Positions 8,203 to 18,054 are shown, counted from the stretch's first letter. The stretch: 64,000 bases of DNA from Opitutales bacterium (GCA_024407725.1 JAKSVZ010000002.1:7403-71402); one strand, 5' to 3'. The notes: a model not told the origin generated them from the letters alone. Numbers and translations are program-made.

Positions 8203-9463
8203 ATGCGCCATCCTGCATACCTTTTTCTGCAGTAAATTCAGCACAAAAGCGCGGCAATTGGAGCAGGCGAACTGTGATAGCTACAAAGTATCCATTTTCC
8301 ATTGGCTTGGAGAAGTAGAGGTAATTTTTGGATTATGGCTCATTCCGCTTTTATTGAGCTTCATTTGCTTCAAAGGCTGGAATGCCAGTGTTCAGTATTT
8401 TTCCACGCGGCATTATACCGAACCCATCTTTGTGTGCATCATCATGATGATAGCAGCTACACGTCCTATTTTATACGTAGCAGAACGTTTTATCAATTTA
8501 GCGGTTAACACCCTAGGGGGAGAACGTCCATCCACTTGGTGGTTTTGCATTCTAACCATTGCCCCTTTGTTTGGCTCTCTGATTACCGAACCCGCTGCGA
8601 TGACGATTGCTGCCCTGCTCTTGTCGCATAAGGTTTTTGTTTACAAACCGAACGCTTGGTTTTCGTACGCGACCCTAGGCTTGCTGTTCGTTAATGTATC
8701 CATTGGGGGAACTCTAACCCACTTTGCCGCCCCTCCCATCCTGATGGTAGCCAACACGTGGCATTGGACCACCGCTTATGTATTCTCGCATTTTGGGATT
8801 AAAACAATCATGAGCGTTATCATCTCAAGCGTACTGTACTTTTTACTCTTTGCCCCTCACTTGCATACGCTCAATAAGCGCGCAAAAATGGAAACGCTAT
8901 CCTCCCAGAATGAACAAAGACTACCGCTGGGAATTATTCTAACCCATGTCGGCTTTTTAACCTGGACGGTGCTCAATGCACACCATACGGCTTTGGTTGT
9001 ATTCGGAGGATTGCTATTTTTGATGGTAGCTCAAATCTTTAAAAAGTATCAATCCCCCATGGCGCTCAAAGAATCTCTGTTGGTGGGATGTTTCTTGGCA
9101 GGGCTTGTAACACACGGCGGACTGCAAGAATGGTGGATCGAGGCTGTTTTATCACGGCTCAATGATGCCTGTTTGTTCTACGGATCGGTTATTTTAACCT
9201 CTTTTAATGATAATGCATCGTTAACCTATCTAGCATCCTTGGTTCCAGCGTTTGCCGATCATTTTCAATTGCAATCAGCGGTGGTTAGCGGCGCAGTGAT
9301 TGGTGGGGGATTAACGGTTATTGCCAATGCACCTAATCCAGCTGGACAATCCATCTTATCCAAGTTTTTTGCCCATAACATCGTAAAGCCCCTACCTTTG
9401 TGCTTAGGTGCTTTATTGCCCACCTGCGTCACGATTTATATCTTCCGCTATTTAATGGGATAG
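8111..9463 (+). CDS. Polytopic inner-membrane protein, probable ion/solute transporter (family not identified with confidence)
   Basis: 450-aa ORF with an ATG start. About 11-12 hydrophobic segments are visible in the translation. It resembles uncharacterised putative cation antiporter-like proteins, but I cannot verify the family. Confidence 0.75.
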   Translation: MLGITQTPLFSLLGQKIAEDPFRLISAVIFLCAILHTFFCSKFSTKARQLEQANCDSYKVSIFHWLGEVEVIFGLWLIPLLLSFICFKGWNASVQYFSTRHYTEPIFVCIIMMIAATRPILYVAERFINLAVNTLGGERPSTWWFCILTIAPLFGSLITEPAAMTIAALLLSHKVFVYKPNAWFSYATLGLLFVNVSIGGTLTHFAAPPILMVANTWHWTTAYVFSHFGIKTIMSVIISSVLYFLLFAPHLHTLNKRAKMETLSSQNEQRLPLGIILTHVGFLTWTVLNAHHTALVVFGGLLFLMVAQIFKKYQSPMALKESLLVGCFLAGLVTHGGLQEWWIEAVLSRLNDACLFYGSVILTSFNDNASLTYLASLVPAFADHFQLQSAVVSGAVIGGGLTVIANAPNPAGQSILSKFFAHNIVKPLPLCLGALLPTCVTIYIFRYLMG

Positions 9464-9567
9464 GCTTCTAAAAAAGCAAAACACAAAAAAATTTCGCTTT
9501 TTTAGCGACAGTAAGCCTAAGGGTTATATACTGTTTTTGTCCTTCTAATTTAGCATGAAATGAATTT

Positions 9568-9599
9568 AAAAGTAAGGATGCTTGGGATCCTTTACTTTT
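9568..9599. terminator. Candidate bidirectional intrinsic terminator downstream of the membrane protein gene
   Basis: aaaagtaaggat / gcttggg / atcctttactttt forms a 12-bp stem with one bulged T and a 7-nt loop. A-run and T-run arms flank it. It lies about 100 nt after the stop at 9463. Confidence 0.45.
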
Positions 9600-9602
9600 G
9601 AG

Positions 9603-9631
9603 TTGACATTAAGATGAAAAACAGATTAAAT
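9603..9631 (+). promoter_or_regulatory. Sigma70-like promoter with no ORF downstream
   Basis: TTGACA (9603-9608), an exact 17-nt spacer, then TTAAAT (9626-9631). Confidence 0.4.
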
Positions 9632-10143
9632 TTATCTTAATTTGTATACCATATGCAGTGGACAAAATTATTTTATCCCAACAAGATTTTTTGTCAAGCT
9701 CTTTATAAGAGGGGGATGCTTTGGGGGGACTTTCCCTATTTGTTTTTTATCTGCTAAACGGATCCATTGTACATCACCGAGAAAACACTGATGAAATACT
9801 CTTTGTGCCTCTGTTTTTTATCGACATGGATTAACAATTACCGTATGATACGGTATTGCCTTTTCTGATTCTGCTTTTCCAAGAAAAAGTTTATTTCAAA
9901 AAAACCATCCTGTCGAGCCTTTTTAAGATAAATCCTAAAAGGATCCTATGGGTTGATTGGGATTTTCCGTCTTTATAAATGAAGGTTAAAACAAGCAAAC
10001 TTACTGTTTTCGCTTGATAGCCCTGTAAAAAAGCAACCGCTCCCAAAGAGGGCATGGGGCATTATAGGTTTATCGTTTAAAAAACCAATTTTTTTAGAAA
10101 AGGCTCATAGTAAAAAGAGAACCTATGAACTTTCGCTTTTTTA

Positions 10144-10172
10144 TTGACATAGGCACATAGGTTGAATAAAAT
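10144..10172 (+). promoter_or_regulatory. Sigma70-like promoter with no ORF downstream
   Basis: TTGACA (10144-10149), an exact 17-nt spacer, then TAAAAT (10167-10172). Confidence 0.5.
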
Positions 10173-10228
10173 TACCTATGTAAGGAAGCAATCCTCCAAT
10201 TAATGGAATTTTTGTCCCTCAAGCATTC

Positions 10229-10270
10229 ATAGGCTTACAGCAGGTGATAATTGGTAAATTTATCATGTTC
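10229..10270 (+). repeat. Non-coding element related to the 21868-21948 and 22251-22332 elements (copy U3)
   Basis: ataggcttac (10229-10238) and gtgataat (10244-10251) are exact matches to 22287-22296 and 22297-22304. A related atcatgttc / atcatctcc tail follows. Confidence 0.45.
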
Positions 10271-10363
10271 TTCTTGGTCTTTTTTAGGAGATTCTCATAA
10301 AGATTTTAACCAATCCTTATCGAACAGTCAAGGACAAAAGCGGAGCAAGAACCCTAACGAACA

Positions 10364-10402
10364 TTAAAAAATATCGCCTAGAGGGAAACCTTTAGGCGAT
10401 AT
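10364..10402 (-). terminator. Rho-independent terminator of ald (possibly bidirectional)
   Basis: atatcgcctagagg-GAAA-cctttaggcgatat forms a 14-bp stem (one G-U pair) with a GAAA tetraloop. On the minus strand it is followed by TTTTTT. It lies 24 nt downstream of the ald stop at 10426. Confidence 0.7.
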
Positions 10403-10425
10403 TCATAGGTTTTAATAGCTTATGC

Positions 10426-11565
10426 TTATTTCTTAGAACAAGTGCAATGGCCACCGAACAAGGTTTCGGGGCAAACGAACTTCATCTTTAAGGAATCAGC
10501 AACTGCTTTATGGGTAATAGAACCCTTATAAACGTTCAAGCCGTTCAGCAAGTGCTTGTCTTCCTTAAGGGCGCGTTCGTAACCCAAGTTCGCCAATTTT
10601 TCAACGAATGGGAACGTTGCGTTGTTCAAGGAGATGGTAGAAGTACGAGCAAAAGCTCCAGGCATATTGGCTACGCAATAGTGGACAATACCGTTTACTT
10701 CAAACACGGGATGATCGTGTGTTGTTGCATGGCTGGTTTCGCAGCATCCACCTTGGTCAATAGCGACATCAACAATGACGCTACCCGGTTTCATGGTCTT
10801 CAGCATGCTCTTCATAATCAAGCGTGGAGTCGATAATCCAGGGATTAAAGCCGCACCAATAACGATATCAGTTGAAGGAAGGAGCGCTTTAATGTTTTCA
10901 GATGACGAATAAACGGTTTTTACGCGGCTTTTAAATACATTGGCAATGTGTTCCAACGTTGGTTGATAGGAATCAACAATCGTTACATCGGCACCCATTC
11001 CGCTTGCGATTAACGCTGCATTTTGTCCGACGCAACCACCACCTAAGATAAGAACTTTGGCGGGTAATACACCGGGAACGCCGCAAGGTAATAAGCCACT
11101 ACCACCGAATTGTTTTTGTAAGAAATAGCTTCCCATGAGGGCTGACATGCGTCCTGCAATGGTACTCATAGGCATCAACAACGGTAATTTTCCGCGTGCA
11201 TCGGTAACGGTTTCGTAAGCGATACAAACAGCTTTGGATTTAACCAACGCATCGGTTAATGGACGATCGGCCGCCAAGTGTAGGTACGTAAAGACAATCT
11301 GATCTTTGCGAATTTTGGAGTATTCTGCTTTTAACGGCTCTTTGACCTTAACGATCATATCGGCCTGCTTCCAAATCTCATCTGCAGTTTTGCAAATTTT
11401 AGCTCCAGCTTTCTTGTAATCTTGATCTGAGAAGCCAGCGCCAACTCCTGCTGAGGCTTCAACCAAAACAGTATGTTTTTGATGGGTTAAACTGGCTACA
11501 AACGCCGGTATTAACCCAACCCGATTTTCTCTTTCTTTAATTTCTTTTACGATACCTATTTTCAT
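10426..11565 (-). CDS. ald: Alanine dehydrogenase
   Basis: 379 aa. MKIGIVKEIKERENRVGLIP is an Ald-type N-terminus. Has a GGGCVG NAD-binding loop and Ald-like similarity along its length by eye. Confidence 0.9.
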   Translation of the reverse strand: MKIGIVKEIKERENRVGLIPAFVASLTHQKHTVLVEASAGVGAGFSDQDYKKAGAKICKTADEIWKQADMIVKVKEPLKAEYSKIRKDQIVFTYLHLAADRPLTDALVKSKAVCIAYETVTDARGKLPLLMPMSTIAGRMSALMGSYFLQKQFGGSGLLPCGVPGVLPAKVLILGGGCVGQNAALIASGMGADVTIVDSYQPTLEHIANVFKSRVKTVYSSSENIKALLPSTDIVIGAALIPGLSTPRLIMKSMLKTMKPGSVIVDVAIDQGGCCETSHATTHDHPVFEVNGIVHYCVANMPGAFARTSTISLNNATFPFVEKLANLGYERALKEDKHLLNGLNVYKGSITHKAVADSLKMKFVCPETLFGGHCTCSKK

Positions 11566-11723
11566 AAATGTGCATCCTTTCGTTCTAGGAAAATAGCGAA
11601 CCTCCTATGCGTCAACTCTAAACCGTTACATAAAAATAGGTTCGCGATTTAACCGTATTTTATATTATAAAAGGTACGTACTAACGGAGCAATAGGTGAG
11701 TTGCTCCCATTCAAACACACAGC

Positions 11724-14240
11724 ATGACGCACGCTATTGATTCTATCGCTTCCTTTCAACTGGACAATGGTTTGTCGGTTGTGGTTATTCCAACCCAATC
11801 GCCTGTGTTAGCGCTGCAATTATGGGTAAAAACCGGCAGTATTCATGAAGAAAGTTATTTGGGGGCAGGGCTATCGCACTTTGTAGAACACATGGTGTTT
11901 AAAGGAACGGAAGACTATACCTATCAAGAACTGTTTAAAACCGTTCAAAACGCAGGCGCCAAGCTCAATGCTTATACGACCTTTGACCATACCGTTTATA
12001 CCTTTGACGGAACCGCTTCTGCATTTACAACGGGTCTGGCTATTCTCAACAATTTGGGCTTTAAACCCACCTTTCCGGAACAAGAATGGGGCAAGGAACG
12101 GGATGTGATTTTGCGGGAAATTGCGCTGTATGCCGATGACCCTGATGACCGCTTGGATACGTTAGTATTATCCACGGCTTATCGCGTTCACCCTTATCGC
12201 TATCCGGTTATTGGCTATCAAAAGCTATTTGAACAACTGACCCTAGATCATTTGAAACAGTACTGGCAAAAGCGGTATGGGGTTAATAATGCGATTTTGG
12301 TCGTTGCCAGTAATCTACCGGACGATCAAATCCGGACGCAAGTAACCTCGGTTTTTGGCGCGCATAGTCAGCGTTACATGGCGCCTTTATGGATTCCAGA
12401 CGAACCCTTGCAGTTGGTCGAACGTTCTCAACGCTTAACAGGGCATTATCAATTAACGCGCGGCATTCTTGCGTTTAAAATCCCTGGGTTAGGGCATCCT
12501 GATTTAGTACCGTTGCAGGTCATTGGAACCGTATTAGGCAGCGGCGAAAGCTCCATTTTATACCAAAAACTGCGCAAAGAGCTACGGTGCGTATACCAAG
12601 TGGATACTTCGGTTTGCGCTGAATTATACCAAGGGCTTTTGATCATCAAATACACCTGTGATGCCGACAAACGCACATTGGTTGAGCAACAGCTACAGGA
12701 ACATTTGGTTCAATGGACCTTGGATGCCCTAGACCAAAAAGCCATTGATAAGACCTATCGGCAGGCTTTGATTACGGAAATAGATACCAATCGCAGCGCA
12801 TCTGAATTAGCTCAGCATATCGGTTGGGTTAAGCTCAATTTTGACGATTTTAGCTATCCGCAGCACTATCTAGATCAACTCAAAACCTTAACGGTTGAAG
12901 CGGTACAAACGGTTATTCATCGGTATTTAATTCCCTCTCAGCGCGTTCAGGTATCCTTAGAGCCCACCCCTCAAAGCACCCCATCCGCAACAGTTAATCC
13001 GACCTCTGTTCCTCAGCAAAAATTAGCTACCTTTGAACTGCAATCCGTACGCTTGGTCTATCAACGCTGTACGCATTTACCCAAAACCCACATCGTAGCA
13101 TTATTTCCAGCAGGAGCTTTGAGGGAAACGCCCCAAGAACGCGGTATTTCGCACCTATTTGCAACCCTGTTAACCAAAGACACCCGCCAACAGTCAGCCT
13201 TGGATATCGCCAATCAAATTGAGGCTATCGGCGGACAATGGCAGGGGTTTGTAGGCAATGATTACCTAGGGTTATCCATTGAAACGTTGGCCGAAAACAC
13301 CACCTTGGCCATTCAACTCCTACAGGAAGCATTAACCCAGTACAACCTTGTTCCACAAACCTTTAAGGTGGAAAAACAGGCGCAAATTGCCGCCTTAAAC
13401 GACCTACAGGATGACATTACCTATGTCGGTCTTCAAGGGCTCAGACAGCAGTTTTTTCAAAACCATCCTTATGCGGTGCCCCCAAACGGAACTCAGAAAA
13501 CACTTGCTGGTATTACCTTGGAGGATTGTCAGCGCTTTGGGGATCGCCTCATTCAAGCCAACAACTGCGTTCTATCGATTGTTTCATCGTTACCTAAACA
13601 ATTCTTTGTGGATGCCTTAGGACCTCTATGCAATACCTTACCAACGGCTTCCAGCTCCAATCATATCTTGGACGATCAGCCCTTTACACCGCAACCTACA
13701 GAGCGCGTTCCGGTTCATTTTCAACAAGCCATGGTACTCCTAGGGTACCCCATTGCTGGCTATACCCATCCGGATTTCTTAATAGGAGCTTTACTAGAAA
13801 CCTTGCTCAATGAAATCTCAAGTGTTTTGGAGGAACCGATACGCGAAATCCATGGCTTAGCGTATACCGTTGGAGCTACCCGTATTCTAGGCAGTCAACT
13901 CGGCCTGTTAGGCGTATTGGCCAATACCAAAACCGAGCAGGTGGATAAGGTACACCAAGAGATGATTCAATGCATGAATACCCTCCTGACGCACCGCTTA
14001 ACCTCTGAAATCTTTACCGCTTGCCGTAATTGCCTAAAAACCAACCGACAAATTTGTTTACAAAGCATAGGTTACCGCGCCTTTACCGCCGGTTACCATT
14101 GCTTGTTAAAACTCCCCATGAAGGATTATCTATCGTATGATGCCCTCGTCGATTCAATCACCCTTGACGATTTTATCGATCGATGCCATGATTTTATTGA
14201 AAATCCCATTGTACGAATTTTAACCCATCATGATAAATAA
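11724..14240 (+). CDS. M16 (pitrilysin/insulinase) family zinc peptidase, double-length, no obvious signal peptide
   Basis: 838 aa. HFVEHMVFKG is the inverted zinc motif HxxEH. A second M16-like half is present. Confidence 0.85.
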   Translation: MTHAIDSIASFQLDNGLSVVVIPTQSPVLALQLWVKTGSIHEESYLGAGLSHFVEHMVFKGTEDYTYQELFKTVQNAGAKLNAYTTFDHTVYTFDGTASAFTTGLAILNNLGFKPTFPEQEWGKERDVILREIALYADDPDDRLDTLVLSTAYRVHPYRYPVIGYQKLFEQLTLDHLKQYWQKRYGVNNAILVVASNLPDDQIRTQVTSVFGAHSQRYMAPLWIPDEPLQLVERSQRLTGHYQLTRGILAFKIPGLGHPDLVPLQVIGTVLGSGESSILYQKLRKELRCVYQVDTSVCAELYQGLLIIKYTCDADKRTLVEQQLQEHLVQWTLDALDQKAIDKTYRQALITEIDTNRSASELAQHIGWVKLNFDDFSYPQHYLDQLKTLTVEAVQTVIHRYLIPSQRVQVSLEPTPQSTPSATVNPTSVPQQKLATFELQSVRLVYQRCTHLPKTHIVALFPAGALRETPQERGISHLFATLLTKDTRQQSALDIANQIEAIGGQWQGFVGNDYLGLSIETLAENTTLAIQLLQEALTQYNLVPQTFKVEKQAQIAALNDLQDDITYVGLQGLRQQFFQNHPYAVPPNGTQKTLAGITLEDCQRFGDRLIQANNCVLSIVSSLPKQFFVDALGPLCNTLPTASSSNHILDDQPFTPQPTERVPVHFQQAMVLLGYPIAGYTHPDFLIGALLETLLNEISSVLEEPIREIHGLAYTVGATRILGSQLGLLGVLANTKTEQVDKVHQEMIQCMNTLLTHRLTSEIFTACRNCLKTNRQICLQSIGYRAFTAGYHCLLKLPMKDYLSYDALVDSITLDDFIDRCHDFIENPIVRILTHHDK

Positions 14241-17124
14241 ATCATTTTTGTTTGCTTTTGCTGAATGCTTATGCCTACCGTTGATGGCTCAAACGGTTGC
14301 GTCTGCGAACCCATCAGAGGTTCCGAATCTCCCAAAAATTCATGAAAAAACATCGGCAGAACCCATAAGCCAACAACTATCGTTAGCACCCACCACCTCT
14401 TGGGAACAGCCCCTTGTTGCGGATTCCGCCATTCGTTCCGGAACCTTAGCCAACGGAATGCATTATTATTTATACCCCATGCAGCACCCATCCAATTCTA
14501 TTAGTCTCCAGTTGCTCGTACAGGCTGGTGCGCTTATGGAAACAGATGCGGAGGATGGATTAGCTCATTTTATTGAACACATGGTGTTTTGCGGAAGCCG
14601 CCATTTTGAGCCTAAAACCCTCGTACATTTCTTTCAGAAAAACGGAATGAATCTAGGCCCCGATAGCAACGCGTATACCGGTTGGTTTCATACGTGCTAT
14701 CTTTTAGATTTGCCCAATAACGAACCAGCTAATTTACAAAAGGCGTTGACCGTATTAAACGACTTCATGTTTGAAGCCTCATTTCTAAAATCCGAAATTG
14801 AACGCGAACGAGAGGTCATTTTATCGGAAAAACGCTTACGAGACTCCATAGCCTATCGCGCATCGGTATCGTTTTTAAAGCAGTTTTATCCCGAACATCA
14901 ATTAGGTAAACGCTTCGTCATAGGTACGGAAGACGTAATTAAAGCGGTTACCGCGGAAAACTTTTTTAACTTTTACAAGCAATGGTACACGCCCAACCGC
15001 ATGGCGTTGATTATCGCTGGAAACATCGATGCTGATAAGACCTTAACCTTGCTACAAAACACCTTTAAGGCAAGCCGTCCGGAAACCCCTACGCCTGATT
15101 ACGGGACCATCAAACCATTCAAGAAAACCCCCGCGGTATCGGTATATAGCGATAAAGAATTACCCGAAGCTACTTTGTTATTAGCAGCGCGACGTCCGTT
15201 TGCTAATCCGCACCCATCCACATTGAACGATTTTAAGTATTTCGTCACTTGGTCCTTGATGAGCATTATGCTCAATCAACGCTTAAATGAATTGGTCAAC
15301 ACAACCGATCTGATTCGCGCAATTTTTGAGCACGAAAACATGGCAGGATGCATCGAAAGCACCAGCTTTTCCTTTTCATGCGCGCACGACCATCTTCTTA
15401 AGATCGTGCCTTTGATCGAACAAGCCTACCGTTCCGTTAACTTGTTTGGCTTTTCCGAACAAGAATTAGCTGCCGCTAAGGTTATTTTGGAAAACAGCTT
15501 AAAAACCGCCTGTATTTCCGAAAAGAACGAAACTCCTAAGCAGCGCGCCGATCGGATGTGCGGGGTTCTAAGCATTAACCAACCGATTATATCCGCTCCT
15601 CAACGGCTGACCCATTTTCAACAAATTCAATCGAGTATTACCCCCCAAACCTGTAAGGAATTGTGGAATTCCTTTTGGAAGAATGGCTATTATTTGTTCG
15701 CCCAAGGTTCGTTTGATGAAAAACTAAACGCTGCCGCCTTAGAAGCTGCGTTCGCCCAATCTCAACAGCAAGCATTACAACAACCGAATCTTTCGCGTCC
15801 AACAGAGTTAAAATCCGTCTTCCCATCCGGTCATCAGGTAAAAATCACTCACTACGTCTATCATCCCGATTTGCAATTGGAAACTTTTACCTTCGACAAC
15901 AATGTACGGGTAAACTTACGACATACAACCTTTGAAAAAGAAAAAATCGATATTCACGTAGCCATGGGTTGTGGATTGATGGAGCACAAGAATCATCCAT
16001 TACCTGGATTGCATTACTTCTTAAACGGAACCTTTATTGAAGGCGGTATTCAGCAATATTCCAAAGTAGAATTGGATCGCCTATTTGAAGGGAAACCGGT
16101 CTCCATTAATTTTTCGGTTAATTCCGATTGCTATGCTTTGTCCGGCCATACCAATCAACGTTATTTGTCGCAAGAATTGCAATTGATTGGCGCTTATTTG
16201 CTACAACCCGGTTATCGCCCTGAGGGAGAAAAGAACTTCCGTAAACACCTACTGGGATTGTACGAAAGCTTTAAGCACGATCCCTTTGGCGTAATGAAAA
16301 CCCAAGGCAATGCGTTTATGACCAACAACGATATGCGTATCGCTTATCCCGAGTTATCCGTCATGCAACAACGCACCACAGAAGAAGCACGCGCCTTGTT
16401 GGAGCCTGTCCTACAAAAACAGTATATGGAGCTGACCATCGTGGGGGATTTCGATCGCAACGTGTTACTGGATCAACTATTTAAAACCTTCGGTCAATTG
16501 CCTGCGCGTGAAGCAACCAAGCACATACCCAATGATTACGAAAATACCTTTTGGCCCACCAAGCGTTCGGTTAAAGTACTAACTTTTCAATCAACGGTGG
16601 ATGAAAAAGCAATGGCGGTGCTTTTGTTCCCTTGTAAGGGCGATCAAAATCCCATCTATGCCCGTAAATTAAGTCTTATTGCTTCGATTATTAGCCATCG
16701 TTTATACGATGAAATTCGAGAAGATTTGGGCGATTGCTATACCGCCAATGCGTGGCTAAGTCAAAACGAGGTCTTTAACCGCGGAGCTATTTTTTCCTAC
16801 TCAATCGTCACCCCTCAAAAATTAAGCACAGTAGCCGACCGCATGCTAAAGATTGCTGACGATATTGCGCATCATGGCGCCACACAAGATGAATTGAATC
16901 GAGCCATTAAACCCATGGTAGGTACCCTTGAAAAAGCACGGGTCACCAATGGCTTTTGGATGAATTGGATGAGCGGTATTCAAGCCAATCCCCATCGTTT
17001 AACATGGGATTTGGCCAATAGCGCTACTTATACCCAAGTAACCCTTGAGGAAATCAACAAATATGCACGGGATTATCTCAACCGCGGATGGGCCATCTCC
17101 CTGCAGATACAACCTGAAAAGTAA
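14230..17124 (+). CDS. M16 family zinc peptidase, secreted
   Basis: 964 aa. N-terminal signal MINKSFLFAFAECLCLPLMAQTVASA. Has HFIEHMVFCG (HxxEH). Overlaps the upstream M16 gene by 11 nt. Confidence 0.85.
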   Translation: MINKSFLFAFAECLCLPLMAQTVASANPSEVPNLPKIHEKTSAEPISQQLSLAPTTSWEQPLVADSAIRSGTLANGMHYYLYPMQHPSNSISLQLLVQAGALMETDAEDGLAHFIEHMVFCGSRHFEPKTLVHFFQKNGMNLGPDSNAYTGWFHTCYLLDLPNNEPANLQKALTVLNDFMFEASFLKSEIEREREVILSEKRLRDSIAYRASVSFLKQFYPEHQLGKRFVIGTEDVIKAVTAENFFNFYKQWYTPNRMALIIAGNIDADKTLTLLQNTFKASRPETPTPDYGTIKPFKKTPAVSVYSDKELPEATLLLAARRPFANPHPSTLNDFKYFVTWSLMSIMLNQRLNELVNTTDLIRAIFEHENMAGCIESTSFSFSCAHDHLLKIVPLIEQAYRSVNLFGFSEQELAAAKVILENSLKTACISEKNETPKQRADRMCGVLSINQPIISAPQRLTHFQQIQSSITPQTCKELWNSFWKNGYYLFAQGSFDEKLNAAALEAAFAQSQQQALQQPNLSRPTELKSVFPSGHQVKITHYVYHPDLQLETFTFDNNVRVNLRHTTFEKEKIDIHVAMGCGLMEHKNHPLPGLHYFLNGTFIEGGIQQYSKVELDRLFEGKPVSINFSVNSDCYALSGHTNQRYLSQELQLIGAYLLQPGYRPEGEKNFRKHLLGLYESFKHDPFGVMKTQGNAFMTNNDMRIAYPELSVMQQRTTEEARALLEPVLQKQYMELTIVGDFDRNVLLDQLFKTFGQLPAREATKHIPNDYENTFWPTKRSVKVLTFQSTVDEKAMAVLLFPCKGDQNPIYARKLSLIASIISHRLYDEIREDLGDCYTANAWLSQNEVFNRGAIFSYSIVTPQKLSTVADRMLKIADDIAHHGATQDELNRAIKPMVGTLEKARVTNGFWMNWMSGIQANPHRLTWDLANSATYTQVTLEEINKYARDYLNRGWAISLQIQPEK

Positions 17125-17133
17125 AGTTTAGCC

Positions 17134-17457
17134 ATGAATTCCATCACCATACTTACTTCCGAAAATTTTGATACCTTTATTCAACAACCCTTTGCCTTGG
17201 TCGATTTTTTCGCACCTTGGTGTGGGCCTTGCAATGCCTTAGCTCCCATTTTAGAGGATATCGCTACGACGCACAACATCCCTGTCGGAAAAGCATCGGT
17301 TGATGAAGCAGCTAATCAGGAACTCGCAAGTTCCTATCATGTACGGAGTATTCCCACTTTACTCTTCTTCCAAAACGGTAAGCTGGTAGAACAACACGTT
17401 GGTGCGCTTTCCAAACAGGAACTATTGGAAAAAATCAAAACCTATGTCACCCTTTGA
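17134..17457 (+). CDS. trxA: Thioredoxin
   Basis: 107 aa with the WCGPC active site. Confidence 0.9.
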   Translation: MNSITILTSENFDTFIQQPFALVDFFAPWCGPCNALAPILEDIATTHNIPVGKASVDEAANQELASSYHVRSIPTLLFFQNGKLVEQHVGALSKQELLEKIKTYVTL

Positions 17458-18049
17458 TTATTTGTCCGATTTGGGACAGCGTTACCCCCAATTGCATCCC
17501 CATATACACGCCATTCAAGAAGCAGTGCAGTTGATCGTCACAACCTTTCAGCAAGGAGGTAAAATGCTCACGGCAGGTAACGGCGGAAGCGCTTCCGACG
17601 CGGAGCATATTTCTGGAGAATTATTAAAATCCTTCAAAAATCCTCAACATCCCAAGGATTTACCATCGAATTTGGCGATGCATTTACAATGCGCGTTGCC
17701 CGTTATCCCTTTAGGAAGCCTACAGGCTGCTTATACTGCATTTTCTAACGACTGCGACCCTCAATGGGCGTTTGCGCAGTTGGTCTATGCATTAGGACGC
17801 AAAGGAGATACCTTGTTAGCCATCAGCACCTCAGGACGTTCAAAAAACATCTGTTACGCAGCTGAAGTTGCCAAAGCCAAACACATGACCGTGATAGGTT
17901 TGTCGGGCAATACCGGCGGAGATTTAAAAGCGCTTTGTGATGTATGCATTTGCGTTCCCGAAACGGAAACCTACAAAATCCAAGAATTCCACTTAGCCAT
18001 CTATCATACGCTGTGCCTCATCATCGAAGAGCGTATGCATACGATGTAA
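17444..18049 (+). CDS. SIS-domain protein, phosphoheptose isomerase (GmhA)/DiaA-like
   Basis: Has GNGGSASDAEHISGE and ISTSGRS SIS motifs. The start was moved to the ATG at 17444, which overlaps the trxA stop. Confidence 0.7.
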   Translation: MSPFDYLSDLGQRYPQLHPHIHAIQEAVQLIVTTFQQGGKMLTAGNGGSASDAEHISGELLKSFKNPQHPKDLPSNLAMHLQCALPVIPLGSLQAAYTAFSNDCDPQWAFAQLVYALGRKGDTLLAISTSGRSKNICYAAEVAKAKHMTVIGLSGNTGGDLKALCDVCICVPETETYKIQEFHLAIYHTLCLIIEERMHTM

Positions 18050-18054
18050 ATCAT

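Larger units (their letters stand above)
10179..10402 (+). ncRNA. Candidate ~220-nt non-coding RNA (unknown family)
   Basis: Bounded by the 10144 promoter and the strong hairpin at 10371-10402. No ORF longer than 11 codons in any plus frame. Contains the ataggcttac...gtgataat element shared with 22287-22304. This is inference only. Confidence 0.3.

Noticed and set aside
9727-9736. ggactttccc, whose reverse complement gggaaagtcc recalls the GAGGAAAGUCC motif of RNase P RNA
   Set aside because: The surrounding minus-strand sequence is AT-rich. It lacks the other universally conserved RNase P blocks, such as the ACAGAA...GGCUUA region and the GGUAA..GUGAAA region, so the match looks like chance.
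9653-9868. Two small Cys-containing ORFs downstream of the 9603 promoter as possible rSAM precursor peptides: 9653-9757 (MQWTKLFYPNKIFCQALYKRGMLWGDFPYLFFIC) and 9791-9868 (MKYSLCLCFLSTWINNYRMIRYCLF)
   Set aside because: Neither has a Shine-Dalgarno sequence or a leader/core organisation. The composition looks like translated AT-rich non-coding DNA, and the ORFs are separated from the rSAM genes by a 1.35-kb gene. They are worth a Ribo-seq look but are not supported as genes.
10182-10190. aaggaagca, reminiscent of the SRP (4.5S) RNA domain IV GGAAGCAGCC motif
   Set aside because: The match is only partial. There is no complementary 3' strand with the conserved GNAR tetraloop or symmetric loop, and the context is too AT-rich.
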